NCBI GenBank assembly: GCA_030704615.1
Contig: CM060734.1
Coordinates: forward strand, 58,280,001-58,344,000
DNA: 64,000 nucleotides
Source: Takakia lepidozioides
Taxonomy: Eukaryota; Plantae; Bryophyta
Direction of reading: 5' to 3'
Shown: in pieces, positions 13,182 through 25,390 of the stretch
Layout of the letters: each line of letters starts with the position of its first letter
Position numbering within the stretch: the first letter of the stretch is position 1
Made by a program: the position numbers and the translations under genes
Notes under the pieces: model-generated
Database searches by the model: none
Told to the model about the DNA's origin: nothing
The model's input: the letters and a program-made list of their open reading frames with translations, nothing else

Positions 13182-15570
13182 ACAAGGTATGGTTCATATG
13201 AGTTCTTGGTGATGCCTTTTGGGCTCACCAATGCACCCGCGACCTTTAGCACGCTGATGAACAGCCTGTTCCAGGAGTGGTTGGATGACTTTGTGATCGT
13301 GTACATCGACGACATCTTGGTGTATTCGAAAACAAAGGAGAAGCACATGGAGCACCTCAAAAGGGTGTTCCAGAAATTGCGGGAAGGGAAGCTGTATGCC
13401 AAAGCTTCAAAGTGCGAATTCGGGGTCACAAAAGTGGAGTTCCTGGGGCATGTGATTACACAAGATGAGATCAAAATGGATGACAGAATGGTGAGGGCGA
13501 TCTTGGACTGGGAGCCTCCGACTTCGGTCCCGGAAGTGCGATCCTTCCTAGGACTCGCCTCCTATTACCGGAAGTATGTGAGAAATTTCGCCAAGATCGC
13601 GGGGCCGTTGTCAGATCTTCTACGTAAATCCAAAGTTTGGGTATGGAACACCTTGTGTGGCCAAGCTTTTGCTGAATTGAAGCAGCGGATGGCGGAAGCT
13701 CCAGTCTTGAAAATCCCGGAGTTCGATCGACCGTTCGAGATTCATACAGATGCGTCGGACTTTGCGATTGGGGGTGTACTGATGCAAGATGGACGTCCAG
13801 TGGCTTACGAAAGTAAGAAACTGAACGAAGTGGAGCGACGGTGGCCGACGCACGAGAAAAAGATGAAAGCGGTGGTGCACTGTCTTGAGCTTTGGCGCCA
13901 CTATGTTGGTTCCAACCCAGTGAAGGTGTTCACGGACAATGTTACGGTGAAGTATTTTGCCACGCAGCCCAAGTTGTCCCCAAAACAACTTAGGTGGCAA
14001 GATACTTTGGCGGTGTTTGACGTGGATATCCATTACAAACCGGGACGTGACAATGTGGTGGCCGATGCTTTAAGTAGAAAGCAGCAGCTCTTGTTGGTGT
14101 ACAGGGGCGAGACGGCGCTCCAAAGGAAGATCCGGAAGGCTTACCAGAAGGATGAGCTGGCGAAGTCCGTGATGCAGGACTTGAGGAGGGGGGATAAATC
14201 GCAATTCCACTTGCAAAATGGACTGCTCCGGTATAAGCAAAAGCGTCTCTACATGTCGAAGGGAGGGATCAGAGATAGTCTCTTGAGAGAATGCCATGAT
14301 AGCCCGTTTGCGGGCCACGGCGGAGCCAAGCGCACTGCGGCACTCTTGAAGAAAGAGTATTTCTGGCCCAAACTGAGGGAGGAGGCAGAGGAGTATGTCA
14401 AGACATGCACCACATGCCAACAAAACCGGAGCGAGTACAAAAAGCAAGCGGGGTTGTTACAACCCTTGCCGATTCCAGAGGGGACTTGGGAAAGCGTCTC
14501 GATGGATTTCATGACTGTTATGCCGCTGTCAAAAGGATTCGATGCAATCATGGTGGTGGTGGATAGGTTCAGTAAAATGGGCCATTTCATCCCCACCAAG
14601 GAGACGGCAACGGCGCAAGAGACAGGGCGACTTTACTTCGCCCACGTCTTAAAACATCATGGAGTCCCGAAGGATATTGTCTCGGACCGCGATCCAAAGT
14701 TTACGAGTAAATTTTGGAGGACACTTTGGAAGAAGATGGGGACGAGGCTGAAGATGAGCACCGCCTTCCGACCTACGACCGACGGCCAAACGGAAAGAGT
14801 GAATTCCGTAGTGAAGCAGATCTTGCGGAATTACGTGTCGGCAGACCAATCAGACTGGGTGTAACACTTAGACGCGGTAGAGTTCTGTTATAATAACACA
14901 GAACACTCCGCAACGGGAGTTTCCCCTTTCGTATTGGTCTATGGAAAAACACCTCTGGTGCCGACAAGTTGGGCCGCCCATGACGTTGAGGAACCGGCAG
15001 TAGCGGCGGTACTGGAAGAACACGAGCGTTTGTTGAAGCTCGCAAAATACAACATTGCCAAAGCGAGGAAACGGTATGAAAGGCAGGCGAATCGGAAGCG
15101 GAGGGAAGTGAAGTTTGAGGCAGGCACGGAGGTCTGGTTGAACATCAAGAATTTCCGACTACCTCCGGAAGTGAGTCCAAAATTCGTACCTCCGTATGCG
15201 GGACCCTTTCGCATCCGGAAGGTTATGAATGAGGATGTGTATGAATTGGAGTTGCCGACAAACAACAAGGTGCATCCAGTATTTCACGTCTCCCTTTTGA
15301 AGCCTTACCTTCAAAGATGAAGCGCGTCCAAATCGGCATCAAGTGTTGCGTCCGCCACCTGTGCTGTTGGATCATGAAAATGAACCTGAGTACGAGGTGG
15401 AGGTAGTACTTAAGTCGAGGAGGTTCAAGAACTGAGAAACGGAGTATCTCGTCAAATGGAAGGGCTATCATCATGTGGAGGCATCTTGGGTGCGTGCCTC
15501 AGAAATGGGAAACGCATCCGAGGCGGTTGCAGTTTTCGAAGGGCGACCTCAAAAGCGGAAGAAGCGTTGA
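13182..15570 (+). pseudogene. Inverted C-terminal half of Gypsy pol (RT core, RNase H, integrase, chromodomain)
   Basis: TRYGSYEFLVMPFGLTNAP..YIDD..TDASD..H-H-C-C zinc finger..SMDF..SDRD..GQTERVN, then GPF, then chromodomain EYEVE..YLVKWKGY. In-frame stop at 14862. Confidence 0.93.
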
Positions 15571-15744
15571 TGGGGACATCAACCTTGGAGCGTGGGGGAG
15601 GAAATGCATGCTTAGCCCGGCTTAGCTAGCTCAGGAATCCGATTGCAAAAACTTGATTGTACAAAAATTTGTTATAAAGGAAATGGGTTCCAAATGTTGT
15701 GTGTCCTATTTTGTTTGGAATGGTGATGCATGGTGTGGTTGGCT

Positions 15745-16400
15745 CCCGGGGGGTGCACTCTTTATAAACTGTGCGTATCACGTGCGTTCGTCGCCTAATA
15801 AAAAAACCCCCTGTATACGGGTCCTTGGATAATTTATACCACCTCTGTACATACTTTTTGAAGATTATAAAATCCCCTCCTGTAAATATACAAAAATTTA
15901 CAATTTTCGAAAAGTACCCCCTTCTGTATGTATATTCTCATTTTTCATCATTAAAAATAACCCTCCAATATGTATATGTATGTTTTTATATTATATCGAA
16001 TTTATTCATTTAAAACATAATAAAATCTAACAAATTAATTAAAAAAATTATTTGCCTTTGATAAAGTTGTCAAAGACTTTTCGGTCATTTGCATCAAGAA
16101 CATATGTGTTTGACTTGACATTGTACTTTAAACATGCTAACGCGATAATGGAATCCAAATCAACCATCATGTTATCCGTCAAATCGTACGTATAGACCCC
16201 TCCTCGAATTTTTTGGTACCATGCTAACCCAATCTCCATATGAGAAGGACGCTCCAATAAATCAACAGAATCCCTACATTCTACAAACCGCTTGTTGATT
16301 TTCTTCCGCAGAAGCAGAGAGGAAAGGGGGAGTGCACTCTCCCAAGCGAACCTGCATCATTCAGTTGGCAAGACCGTGTCTGAAAAATTGATCCATTTGA
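15745..16400. mobile_element. Other end of the hAT-like DNA transposon, with a short transposase-like C-terminal ORF (16048-16257, minus)
   Basis: TIR at 15745-15760 directly after TSD GGTTGGCT. The inner boundary is approximate. Confidence 0.7.
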
Positions 16401-16949
16401 AGACACCACGGTGCAGCTGAGCACAGCCTGACATGACAACAATTAAACATCATACTGAGACAAGAGAAGCAGTCAATGACACAGTCATGCATATGGCAGC
16501 AAGTGATCACCCTTCAAACATGATTGAAAACATACATGAGGTCAAAGGCAATAAGAAATCAGCGAAGGGTACTGCAGCTAACAGTTGGAGTGTCTTTAAA
16601 GACAAAGGGAAGAGAAAGAAACACTTCACTGGCAATGAGGGGAGGCTGTGGAAACGCCAAGAGGATGGCACAAATGATAGAAATAACAGGGCTGGGCAAA
16701 GGATCCTGCAGGAAGAAGAAAGGGTTTGTCAGCATGGAAAGGACGTGCGGCTCATTCCAACAGAAATGGGAACATTCGTGCAGTTAAGTACAACAACCAA
16801 TTGCCCTTCAATTATGGCTGGAATTTTCCAAAAGGCGAGGGATGATAAGGATGAGATTGTACTCATAAGACGTTGTTGCCGTAGCCTTGTGGCCATTGAC
16901 CCCGCGCCCAGTTTCAGTGGGAACAAAAGGAACAGGGTTGACGTTGGTA

Positions 16950-19470
16950 GTAAGACTTACCATCGTATAAGGAATTAATCCGGGTTTTCCAGATATCCTC
17001 TAGAAAACCCTTCACACAAGCATCAATCTGCTGTGTGTGATTTGCCCAAAAACTAGGCCTCAGGAGGGCCTGGGCTTTTGGCTCAGCCTCGAGACTTTCA
17101 AAGTTGGTAAACAGGGGTACAGGCACAATTCCCTTGATAGAATTGAAGAGAGCCTCTCTTTGGTGAGAGAACCCGGACAGCGTATCAGAAAATGAATAAT
17201 GTCTTCAGATTGCCCACACAACGGACAATTGCACTCTCCCTTTCCTCTCTGCTTCTGTTTGCTGTTCAAAGGTAGGCTTCCTGCCCTGAGTTTAAATTTC
17301 AGTCTAGTGCCGAGAGTGGGTAGACCCTTGAGGTCATCCAAGATGTCCACCCCCATGTCACTGACTGGAAACAAGTTCAGGGAAGTTCTCTGCCTAACTT
17401 CATTTTCATTAGACAATCTCATGGCAACAGACATGGCCTCAGACACTACAGCCTCTAAGGCAGATTTATCCAGCAGGGTCAAGACTTGCGGATCCAGGTC
17501 CAGGTCCTTGAGAATCTTTTCTACTCTCTTCTGCCAGGACTTAGCCTGTTTGACAGGGCGGTCCTGTTTCCAAGATATAGAGTCAATCAACTTAGGATAT
17601 CTGGTGTTGGGCATATGTTGCAGCTGACCCCACCATCTGACCTTGAATTCATCTCGTCGGGAGCTTAAGGATGGAATGCCAAACTCACCCCGAACAGCCA
17701 CATTGGCTATTTTGGAGCATGCTGACATACACTCCTTAAGCACCCCCACTTGAATGGATTCTAGAGACTTAGCCTGGTTGGAGTTATTAACCCATATAGC
17801 AGATCCGTACTCCAAGGCAGGTCTAATAACGCGACAAAGCATCGTTTTTTTAACCTCAGAGATGACCCTCTGCAATGGAAAAATTTAGTGAGCCCCAGAG
17901 CTTTGCCCGTAGTTCCCCGGTTCTTCTCTGTCACCCTTCTTGTATAGACTGACAATGACCCCCTGTCGCCAGCGAAAGGGGATCATTTCAGTCTTCCAGA
18001 TAAGGTTAAAGAGGAGAACTAGGGCCTCTATCATGGGATCGCCACCGTGCTTGATAAGCTCGTTGACAATACCATCAGGTCCACCAGCTTTATATTCATT
18101 TAAATGTTCAATTGCTTCCACAATCTCAGAAGAACTAATGGGAGCGTTATAAGCCATTGAAATATACTCCAGTTCATCAGGGCTGTTTTGAATCATAGGA
18201 ACAATTTTTCCTACTGTGTCCCTCCATTCAGCAGAAGACCCCTCACTGTTAGACCTAGAAGTTCTGCCAAGGATACTGTAGTGATTTTCAAAGGTTTTGA
18301 CAATGTCAACCGATGAAGTCACCACTGCACCTTTAGTAGTCTTCAGCGCTTGTACTTGCTGACCGTTTTTAGGCTTGTACAAACGTTGAAGGGCCAACCA
18401 TAATTTCTTGTCATTACCACCATGGTGGTTGAGTTTATTTCACTGTATAACTTATCCCAGTATAATTTCTTCTGAGACCTAACAAGCTGATTGATATCTT
18501 TCCGGAGCTGATAGTACCTCGCCCACAATTCTCTGTTGGTTTTCAAATTGCAGCACTCTTTATAGAGGGCTCGTCCTCACCAAAAGGCCCAATGATATCG
18601 TCCTGATGGAGCCCTTTGCCCACCCGGGCATTGAAGTCACCCAATAGCAGTACCTGACCTTTAGCAAGGAACGAAGCACAGTCTACATCTTCGAAGGCTT
18701 TGTCTGCGTCAGCACTAAGGGTCCCCTCTGTGGGCATGTAAACACAACCCACAAAGAGGTCCTTCGTACTCATGCCGCCCTTCAGATTCAGTTTTAGCCA
18801 GATACTATGTTCGTACCTCAAACCCTTGTTGATAATTTCACAATTATCAAACAAGAAATCACGGACAAAGAATCCAACCCCTTTTTGACCGCGTTTGGCA
18901 GAGGCTGCCTTGAGAGTACACATCCTACTTGCCCATTTATAACCATTGACATCTCCAACCAGTTTATCCGAAGTTTCCCATGTTTCTTGCCCAGCACAGA
19001 TATGAATATCATTAGTCCGAAGGACTTGTCCCACTTCGAGTTGTTTCCTTTGGTTAGTAAGCCCTGAGAAGTTGAAAGTGGCCAACCGCAAGCCAGCCCT
19101 TTGCATGTGAATTGTTTGTCATCTAGGTAGCTTGGGATTGCTCCTGGACGCCCAACCGTTCTACAAAGGGGGGACAATTACCCCATGTGTAGATTTTGCT
19201 CGTCTTGTGTAAACTCTTGAGTACCAAATCCTTCAGATTCAAGACGTTCAGGTTCTGTACACTTAGGGGCATCTTGTCCCTCTGGCTGTTTGGATTCAAT
19301 AAGGATGAGAATAGGCCTGATACAGTGAGTACAACCATTGTGTCACGCCAATCATTATTATGAAAGAAAATAGGCCTAATGTGCTCATTACCTCTGATGA
19401 CTAGGAATCTTGATGCCCATGTACTCCTGTCATTGCTGCACAACAATCCGCCACCACACCCGCATATCAT
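16950..19470 (-). mobile_element. Degenerate RTE-X-like LINE (APE, RT with core deleted, C-terminal zinc finger)
   Basis: APE: ATFNFSG..QETW..LLGDFNARVG. RT start KAGGPDGIVNE..KKGDREEPGNY jumps directly to the thumb region IRPALEYGSAIW. Zinc finger CPLC..EDIIHFLIRC. Clade assigned by recalled similarity only. Confidence 0.8.
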
Positions 19471-19509
19471 CACCGATCAGCCCAGGCCTGCCCCACATTC
19501 CCGCGCACT

Positions 19510-20555
19510 CCTGCACGCGGTCGTCTCCTCATCTCTTTCCGCCACTCGAATTTGATGATAGCCGGAGCGCAGATCGATCCGGCTGAAATACTTCGCTCCT
19601 GCCAACCGATCGAAAAGGTCGTCAATCCTTGGCAAAAGATACCGGTTTTTGATAGTCACCTTATTCAAAGCCCTGTAATCGACACACATCCGCAGCGTCC
19701 TATCCTTCTTGTCTGCGAATAGCACCGGGGCTCCGTAAGGTGACTTACTCGGCCGGATGTACCCCTTTGACATTAGATCTTTGAGCTGAGTCTTCAGCTC
19801 GACCAACTCTCTGTGGCTCAACTGGTAGGGCGCCTTGGCAGACGGTTCCGATCCCGATATCACCTCAATCTTGTGGTCAACTCCTCTTCGCGGTGGCAAG
19901 CCGCTTGGTAAATCCTCCGGCATCACATCCTGGTATCTCTCCAAAATCCCCTTGATCCAATCTGGGCTCGGCTCCCCATCACCTTCTCCCTTCACTTCTC
20001 TAATGTAAAGCAAAAACTGGGGCTCGTGTGCCTCCTCCACGGCCCACTCCCTTGCTGACAGAAGGTTTATTCGCCCTCCCACGGGTTTGGGCGTTTCCAA
20101 CACTCGTAAGACTTCGCCACCATCCCCACATGGTAGCGTGACTACTCTTTTGCGGCCATCTATGACCGCTCCGGATTTGCTCAAAAAGGTCATCCCCAAA
20201 ATGAGATCCACTCCATCGATCTCGCAAATGGTGAAGTTCTCACGTCCTTCCCATTTCCCAGTTGAAGAGGGACATCGAATGCCAACCTCGTCGCCAATTG
20301 CGGTTCTCCTTTGGCAGAACGCACCTCAATAGAGGCCCCCACGTCACTTGTCGGAAGTCCCAGCTTTTGTGCCGTTGCCGGTGTCATGAAGGAGTGCGAC
20401 GCTCCTGTGTCCACCAACAATGACATGTTAGTTCCGGATATTATCCCATCCACGAACAATAACTGACTCCCTTTACGTAAGGCGCCAATTTCCTGATACA
20501 ATTCACAAGAAAATTTGCCTACCTTGCAAGTCCTGGCGACCACCGCTTCCACCAA
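19510..20555 (-). pseudogene. Gypsy protease and N-terminal RT (frameshifted)
   Basis: LLVDTGASHSF; [38 protein letters not shown], then an abrupt break. Confidence 0.92.
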
Positions 20556-20570
20556 GCGACTGATGGTATC

Positions 20571-21681
20571 TTACGACAGCTCTGTGGTCGCCCGAGTCAT
20601 GTTCAATTGCCGGGGCTTCGTGCACTTCTTGGCCATGTGCCCGGGCTCCCCGCAATTGAAACACACTCCATCAAAGGTCGCTTTCTGTCCGCCATAGGCC
20701 GCTCCACCCACTTTTCCTTTTGAAGCACCGGGTGCCGCCTTGACTTGTGAAGGCCCTCCCTTTGATTTCCACGTGCCATTGTCACCGCGTGGCCTATCCC
20801 ACTTCTTTTCCGGTCGGAAGGCGTCACCTTCCCGCCGGGTCGTCTTGTGGTTCAGTTCCATACGGCCTTGTCTTTCACCCCTAGGGACATCCGAGAAACA
20901 TTCAGCCCTCTCAATTGCCTCGTTCAAAGTCTTAGGTGGCTTCTCCTCCAACTTCCGCCTAGCCCATGGGGCCAGTCCCGCCACAAAGTTGAAGACCATT
21001 TCTGGTTCTGCCATGTCCGCGACTTCGAGCAACAACACATTGAAAGCCAGGACATATCCCCGAATGTCATCTGTTTGCTTCAAATTCCTCATCTTGTCCC
21101 GGGCAAGCCAGGACGCGTTGAGGGCACAAACTGCCTTTTCATCAATTCCTTGAACCCACTCCAATTCAAGGTTTCCGGGCTTGGACCTCGGTCGTGAAGG
21201 CGTTTCTGCCACCATTGTTGAGCATAGCCTCTCAAATAGGTGAGAGCCACTTCCACCCGGTCCTCGTCACTCAACTTGGCCGCCCGGAAGTACGCTCTAG
21301 CTCCAGGAGCTAGGTGTTGAGTGCCTTCTGATTTCGGGCGCCCTCGAAGGTGCCGGGTTCCTTAGGCTTCACCTTAAATTTTGCCTTAGTGGAAGTGGCA
21401 TTAGCCGCCTTCAACACGTCTTTCAACGTCCCGCCAAATTGCGCCAATAACCCTTCCCAAAAGGCTGCCGGCATGGGAGACATCTGTTGGTCGGTCGGGG
21501 CTCTCAGGGATTCCTCGGGCTCCGACTCCTCAGATTCCTCCCGCTCTTGAGCGGCCTCATTTTCGGAGACATGCATCACTTCCTCAAACGGCCGCCTCGG
21601 TGACACATCGCCCCCATCGGGCTTACCAAGATCATCATCTTTTGGGCCGTTCCGCTTTCGTTTTGGCTTGCCCGACCCCAT
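20571..21681 (-). pseudogene. Gypsy gag (stop and frameshifts)
   Basis: KPKEPGTFEG, YLRGYAQQWW, zinc knuckle CFNCGEPGHMAKKC. Confidence 0.88.
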
Positions 21682-21722
21682 GATGAGGCCAATCCCAAGG
21701 ACGATCACGTACTGAACTCTAA

Positions 21723-21734
21723 GCTCTGATACCA
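21723..21734 (-). promoter_or_regulatory. Primer binding site, tRNA-iMet
   Basis: TGGTATCAGAGC, 2 nt inside the 5' LTR boundary. Confidence 0.93.
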
Positions 21735-21736
21735 AG

Positions 21737-22468
21737 TGTCGTGCACCTCACTTCGGTAAGCTCCCCTTCAAGTCATAGTTGCTAGCTTGATGCGCGCGCC
21801 TAACTCCCAACCTAGCCGCCGGACCAACTTGGAGCTTCGGCTGCTCACCGGGGCATAACGGTCCCCTTTTGATCTCCCAAAGAACCCTCCACCGATTTGG
21901 AACTAGCGGGAATTCCCTTTGGTAGTTGGCAGTCCGGAACAGCTCCCCACTCTTTGGTCGCTTTCCGGCTCGCTCGCTTACTCACTAGTTTCTGGTCACC
22001 AACGGGCTTGCACCGTTCTCGGGGTTACTACTCCCTATATATACTTCTGTAGCTGTCCGCGGGGGTTTCACAACCAACCATGTTATTTTATGACGAATTA
22101 CCCACAAAACCCTCGACTCCCGGTGATGAGTCGTGGTGAGTCTTGGCCCACTCACCACGGCCCCTTTGGACCGTGATGAGTCCCAAGACTCCCCACGACT
22201 CCCACCACGAGGTCTCCGCCCCCATGGTGAGTCCTATGCCACCCCACTAAGTCATGCTAAGCTACCACCACCTTGTGGAGCCACCCCACCGCAACCCGGT
22301 GTGCGGGGCTCCATCTAGTGAGCGCCTCCGCCTCCTTGAGTGTTTTGGGCACTCAAGGGTGCTTCAGCCCCCCCCCCCCCATACCTATCGCTGCCGCTTG
22401 CCCCACCATAGGGGCAGCCCCTCATGTGTCCCGACCCCCCCCTGCCCTCAAGGCAAAGGGCCGCGACG
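21737..22468 (-). repeat. 5' LTR
   Basis: Direct repeat of 11280-12021 with scattered substitutions. The plus-strand terminal CA has become CG. Confidence 0.95.
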
Positions 22469-22473
22469 GGGGG

Positions 22474-23130
22474 TCAGCCAAACCGTGAAATAGCTTTCAT
22501 TTTGCATCCACATGTCGTTTCTGGAAGTATGTGATGATCGCCGACTCTGGATCTAGAAAGCACTGTCCAATTTTGAAGCTACACATACACTCACGTTTGT
22601 ATGACTCTTTGAAATTTCATGCCTTAGGTCTGATTCTCTTGACCGGTTTTTCAGTATCGGAAGATTTTACAGGTTTTTCTTTCTTCTCCACATTCGGTGG
22701 CTTTGCGGACCATAGCAGTAGTGGTACCTGCAAAGAAAGCATATATGGCGAGGAGGGTTATCCACAACTACGATTTTGCTAGGCCAACAGAAGGACGTGG
22801 GGTAAGGAATAAGTTTTGCTTACTTATGCCATTGACGATAACTGTTTGCCCATGGTCTTGTCAGATCTGGCAACTCATGGTACCTTCGATCTTGAACATA
22901 AAATTGGGTCTTCCCATCCACTCTACTCCTTTCACCCTCCAAAAAATCAGGAATGTGAGACCATGGAATGACAACTATTTTGATGGATAAAACCTTTCCA
23001 TTTTCTTTGTGAAACTTGGCGTATCTAACGGAGGTTTGTGTGATTGAAAAGTCCGTCTATGGGCAGTTGTAAAATGCATTTCAAATGAGATACCAAATGC
23101 AGCAAATGACAGAGTTTTCCCGCCTCGTCT
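22474..23130 (-). pseudogene. MULE transposase pseudogene, N-terminal fragment
   Basis: IPWSHIPDFLEGERSRVDGKTQF..RPWANSY, intron, YHYCYGP..KRECRCSF..YFQKRHVD..HG. Confidence 0.75.
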
Positions 23131-23416
23131 TTCAAACCATTTGATTCCAATGCGGCATTGTGTTCCTCGTCCAACACCTACGCGGCAGCACACTCCATTA
23201 GCAGCAATAGGTATAACCAGTATTGTACAAATCGCAGAACACACGGTCAACGCAGCACAACCCTGGGGACTGCATGACGTCTATGCACCTGATGAAAATG
23301 ACGCGCGATAATGGAGTTACATGTGAGGTTTTGATGTCACCCAATTGTGTAACCTAGGTTTGAATTGAAAATGTCTGACACCTCTTGGAGCTCGTCAAAT
23401 TTTCCCACCAGGATGG

Positions 23417-23730
23417 GGTTATAGACTCGGGTTACACAATATAGGGTTACATACGTTGGGGATACATGATCTGGGGTGACACGATAGGGGATTATGCATC
23501 GGGAGTTACAGAGGGTGACTCAGCACGCGGGGTTACACTGAGAGGATTACACGGGGCAGGGTTACAGAGGGTGACTCAGCACACGGCAAGGGTTACACGG
23601 CAAGGGTTACATGATGTGGGATTATATGGGGCTGGGTTACACGATGAGGGCTACATGGATGAGGGTTACATACTAGGGTGGGGTTACACAGTGAAGGTTA
23701 CATAAGGTGGAGTTACAGGGGGTTACAAGG
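23417..23730 (-). repeat. GGTTACA motif array, inverted counterpart of 8017-8236
   Basis: More than 10 GGTTAC(A) copies. Confidence 0.6.
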
Positions 23731-25119
23731 AAGATGGTGTTAAAAAAAGTACGACGACGCCTCCCAAAGCGTAACTTATGGTGTCTCTTCACCACAAGGG
23801 CTACTCCCTCCAGCTGAAAGGTGGACACCTTCATGACATACCAGACCGTGGTTTGAACCCACAACCACATCCAACGTGGTATGTGCCCATTACCACTGGG
23901 CTAGTCAAGATGGTGTTACATGGAAGTGGCGGGCTGGTGGAACCGGCGGACTGGTGTCGCAGGATGAGGACGACATGACATCGCCAATGGGATCAGAGCG
24001 GTGGTGGGGAGGATTTGACCGAGCCCCGCCAGCTGCCTTTCAACGGCTGCTGGAGGTCTCAAACCGGCAGTACGGGGTGTCAGGCCGGGACGGGCCTGAC
24101 GCGCTCGCATTAAGTTCTTACATTATTCCTATTATTTTCCCATCCCTGGTCAGCTACAAATATCTCATGAATGATCGCATTCCGGCATCACCACAGGTAT
24201 GTATTGAGCAGTTGCCAGTTCGTGATCACTAGTCAAGAAATGTTTTACAACTTTCTGAACATTTGTGGTCACGAGCATGTACGGCGTCACAATCGCTTCG
24301 GCAGTAACATGGTGATCTGTTTGAGCATGTCCTCCTTATCCAGAACCTCATTCAAGATAGTATTGCGCATGCGAATGATGCACTTTTCCTGCATGTGTAT
24401 CATGCAGATAGAAACTGAGACACCAGAACTTTGGTCCTGCTACTTCTTGCATCACTTGTCTCATGAGCACTCATAGAATTACTGAGCTGGTGCTTCTCTG
24501 TCAGTGCAGGAGCCTTCTGGTTTTACCAGCCCAAACATAAGATATGGCAGCCCATAGCCTAACTAGTGCTCAACTGGAACATACCCTAATGAGTTAAAAT
24601 TGAGCATGATCAACTTGGAAGCCTTTTGAGCTACTGATCCGTAGAAGGAATAGGGGTCACTGTGTTTCCAGATACTTCATGCTTCCAAGTTACTCTAAAG
24701 AAATCGCCCTTCGAGTTCCCAGTTTTCTTCTTTTGGTGAGGATCTCCTTGTCCAGCCATGTTTTAGTGCAAAACATCCAATCCTGTACCTTCAGCACTTT
24801 CTTCAGGCCCTTCGTTCCTTGCCATCTGTTGACAACTCCTGTCTAATAATGTTATCACTGCTGTTGTACAATGATCACTTCATTTGGATCACCACAATGG
24901 GCAGCTCATAGAAAGTGGACTATTGATGGTCACATCCAATGACACAGGTCAAACCTTTCTACTTGACTCTTGGTTTACCAATAAAATGTCAAACCTTGAC
25001 CTTTCTACTCTCACATTTGAAGAGAAGAAATTTGTTCATGCACGTTGCTCGATTTACCAATAATCTCTCCAAGAAGAAGCCCCTCTTGGAGGTGGGGACG
25101 GTGGTGGGTATCCCCTAGA

Positions 25120-25390
25120 GTATGTCCTCACCAGCTTCTTTGAGATGTACTCCAGTGATGGTGTTGCAGCAACCACACACCCAGAGGTCCTTACTGACAT
25201 GTGTAGTGTCCCAGCACGCATGGTGATGACCCTAAAGGCAATAGTCAGCTCACTGCAGGGTCAAAGGGGAGATTAATTTTGGTGCTGCTCCACATCATGC
25301 AAAATACAAAGTGCATATGCACCACAGTTCTCCATGTGATGCAACTCCGGCACTTGTCATCCATCATTTTCTCACCTTTTCTACATTCTC
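25120..25390 (-). pseudogene. Eroded E2/E+/DYW domain behind the stop codon of PPR locus 1
   Basis: After YAAVGR* (TGA where Trp is expected), broken frames read ENVEKVRKMM, LHDVE, CSELTIAF, KDLWVCGCC and YISK. Confidence 0.75.

Larger units (their letters stand above)
11280..22468 (-). mobile_element. Ty3/Gypsy chromovirus LTR retrotransposon, degenerate and internally rearranged
   Basis: Two ~740 bp LTRs and a GGGGG TSD (11275-11279 / 22469-22473). tRNA-iMet PBS. Encodes gag with CCHC, protease DTGA, RT, RNase H, integrase and chromodomain. Confidence 0.95.

Noticed and set aside
16326-16346. GAGTGCACTCTCCC as the closing TIR of a 600 bp element starting at 15745
   Set aside because: Imperfect match and no TSD. 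The exact TIR plus 8 bp TSD pairs 15745 with 12761 instead.
16433-16978. 181 aa ORF as a host gene
   Set aside because: No recognisable domain; it lies between the LINE 3' end and transposon interior.
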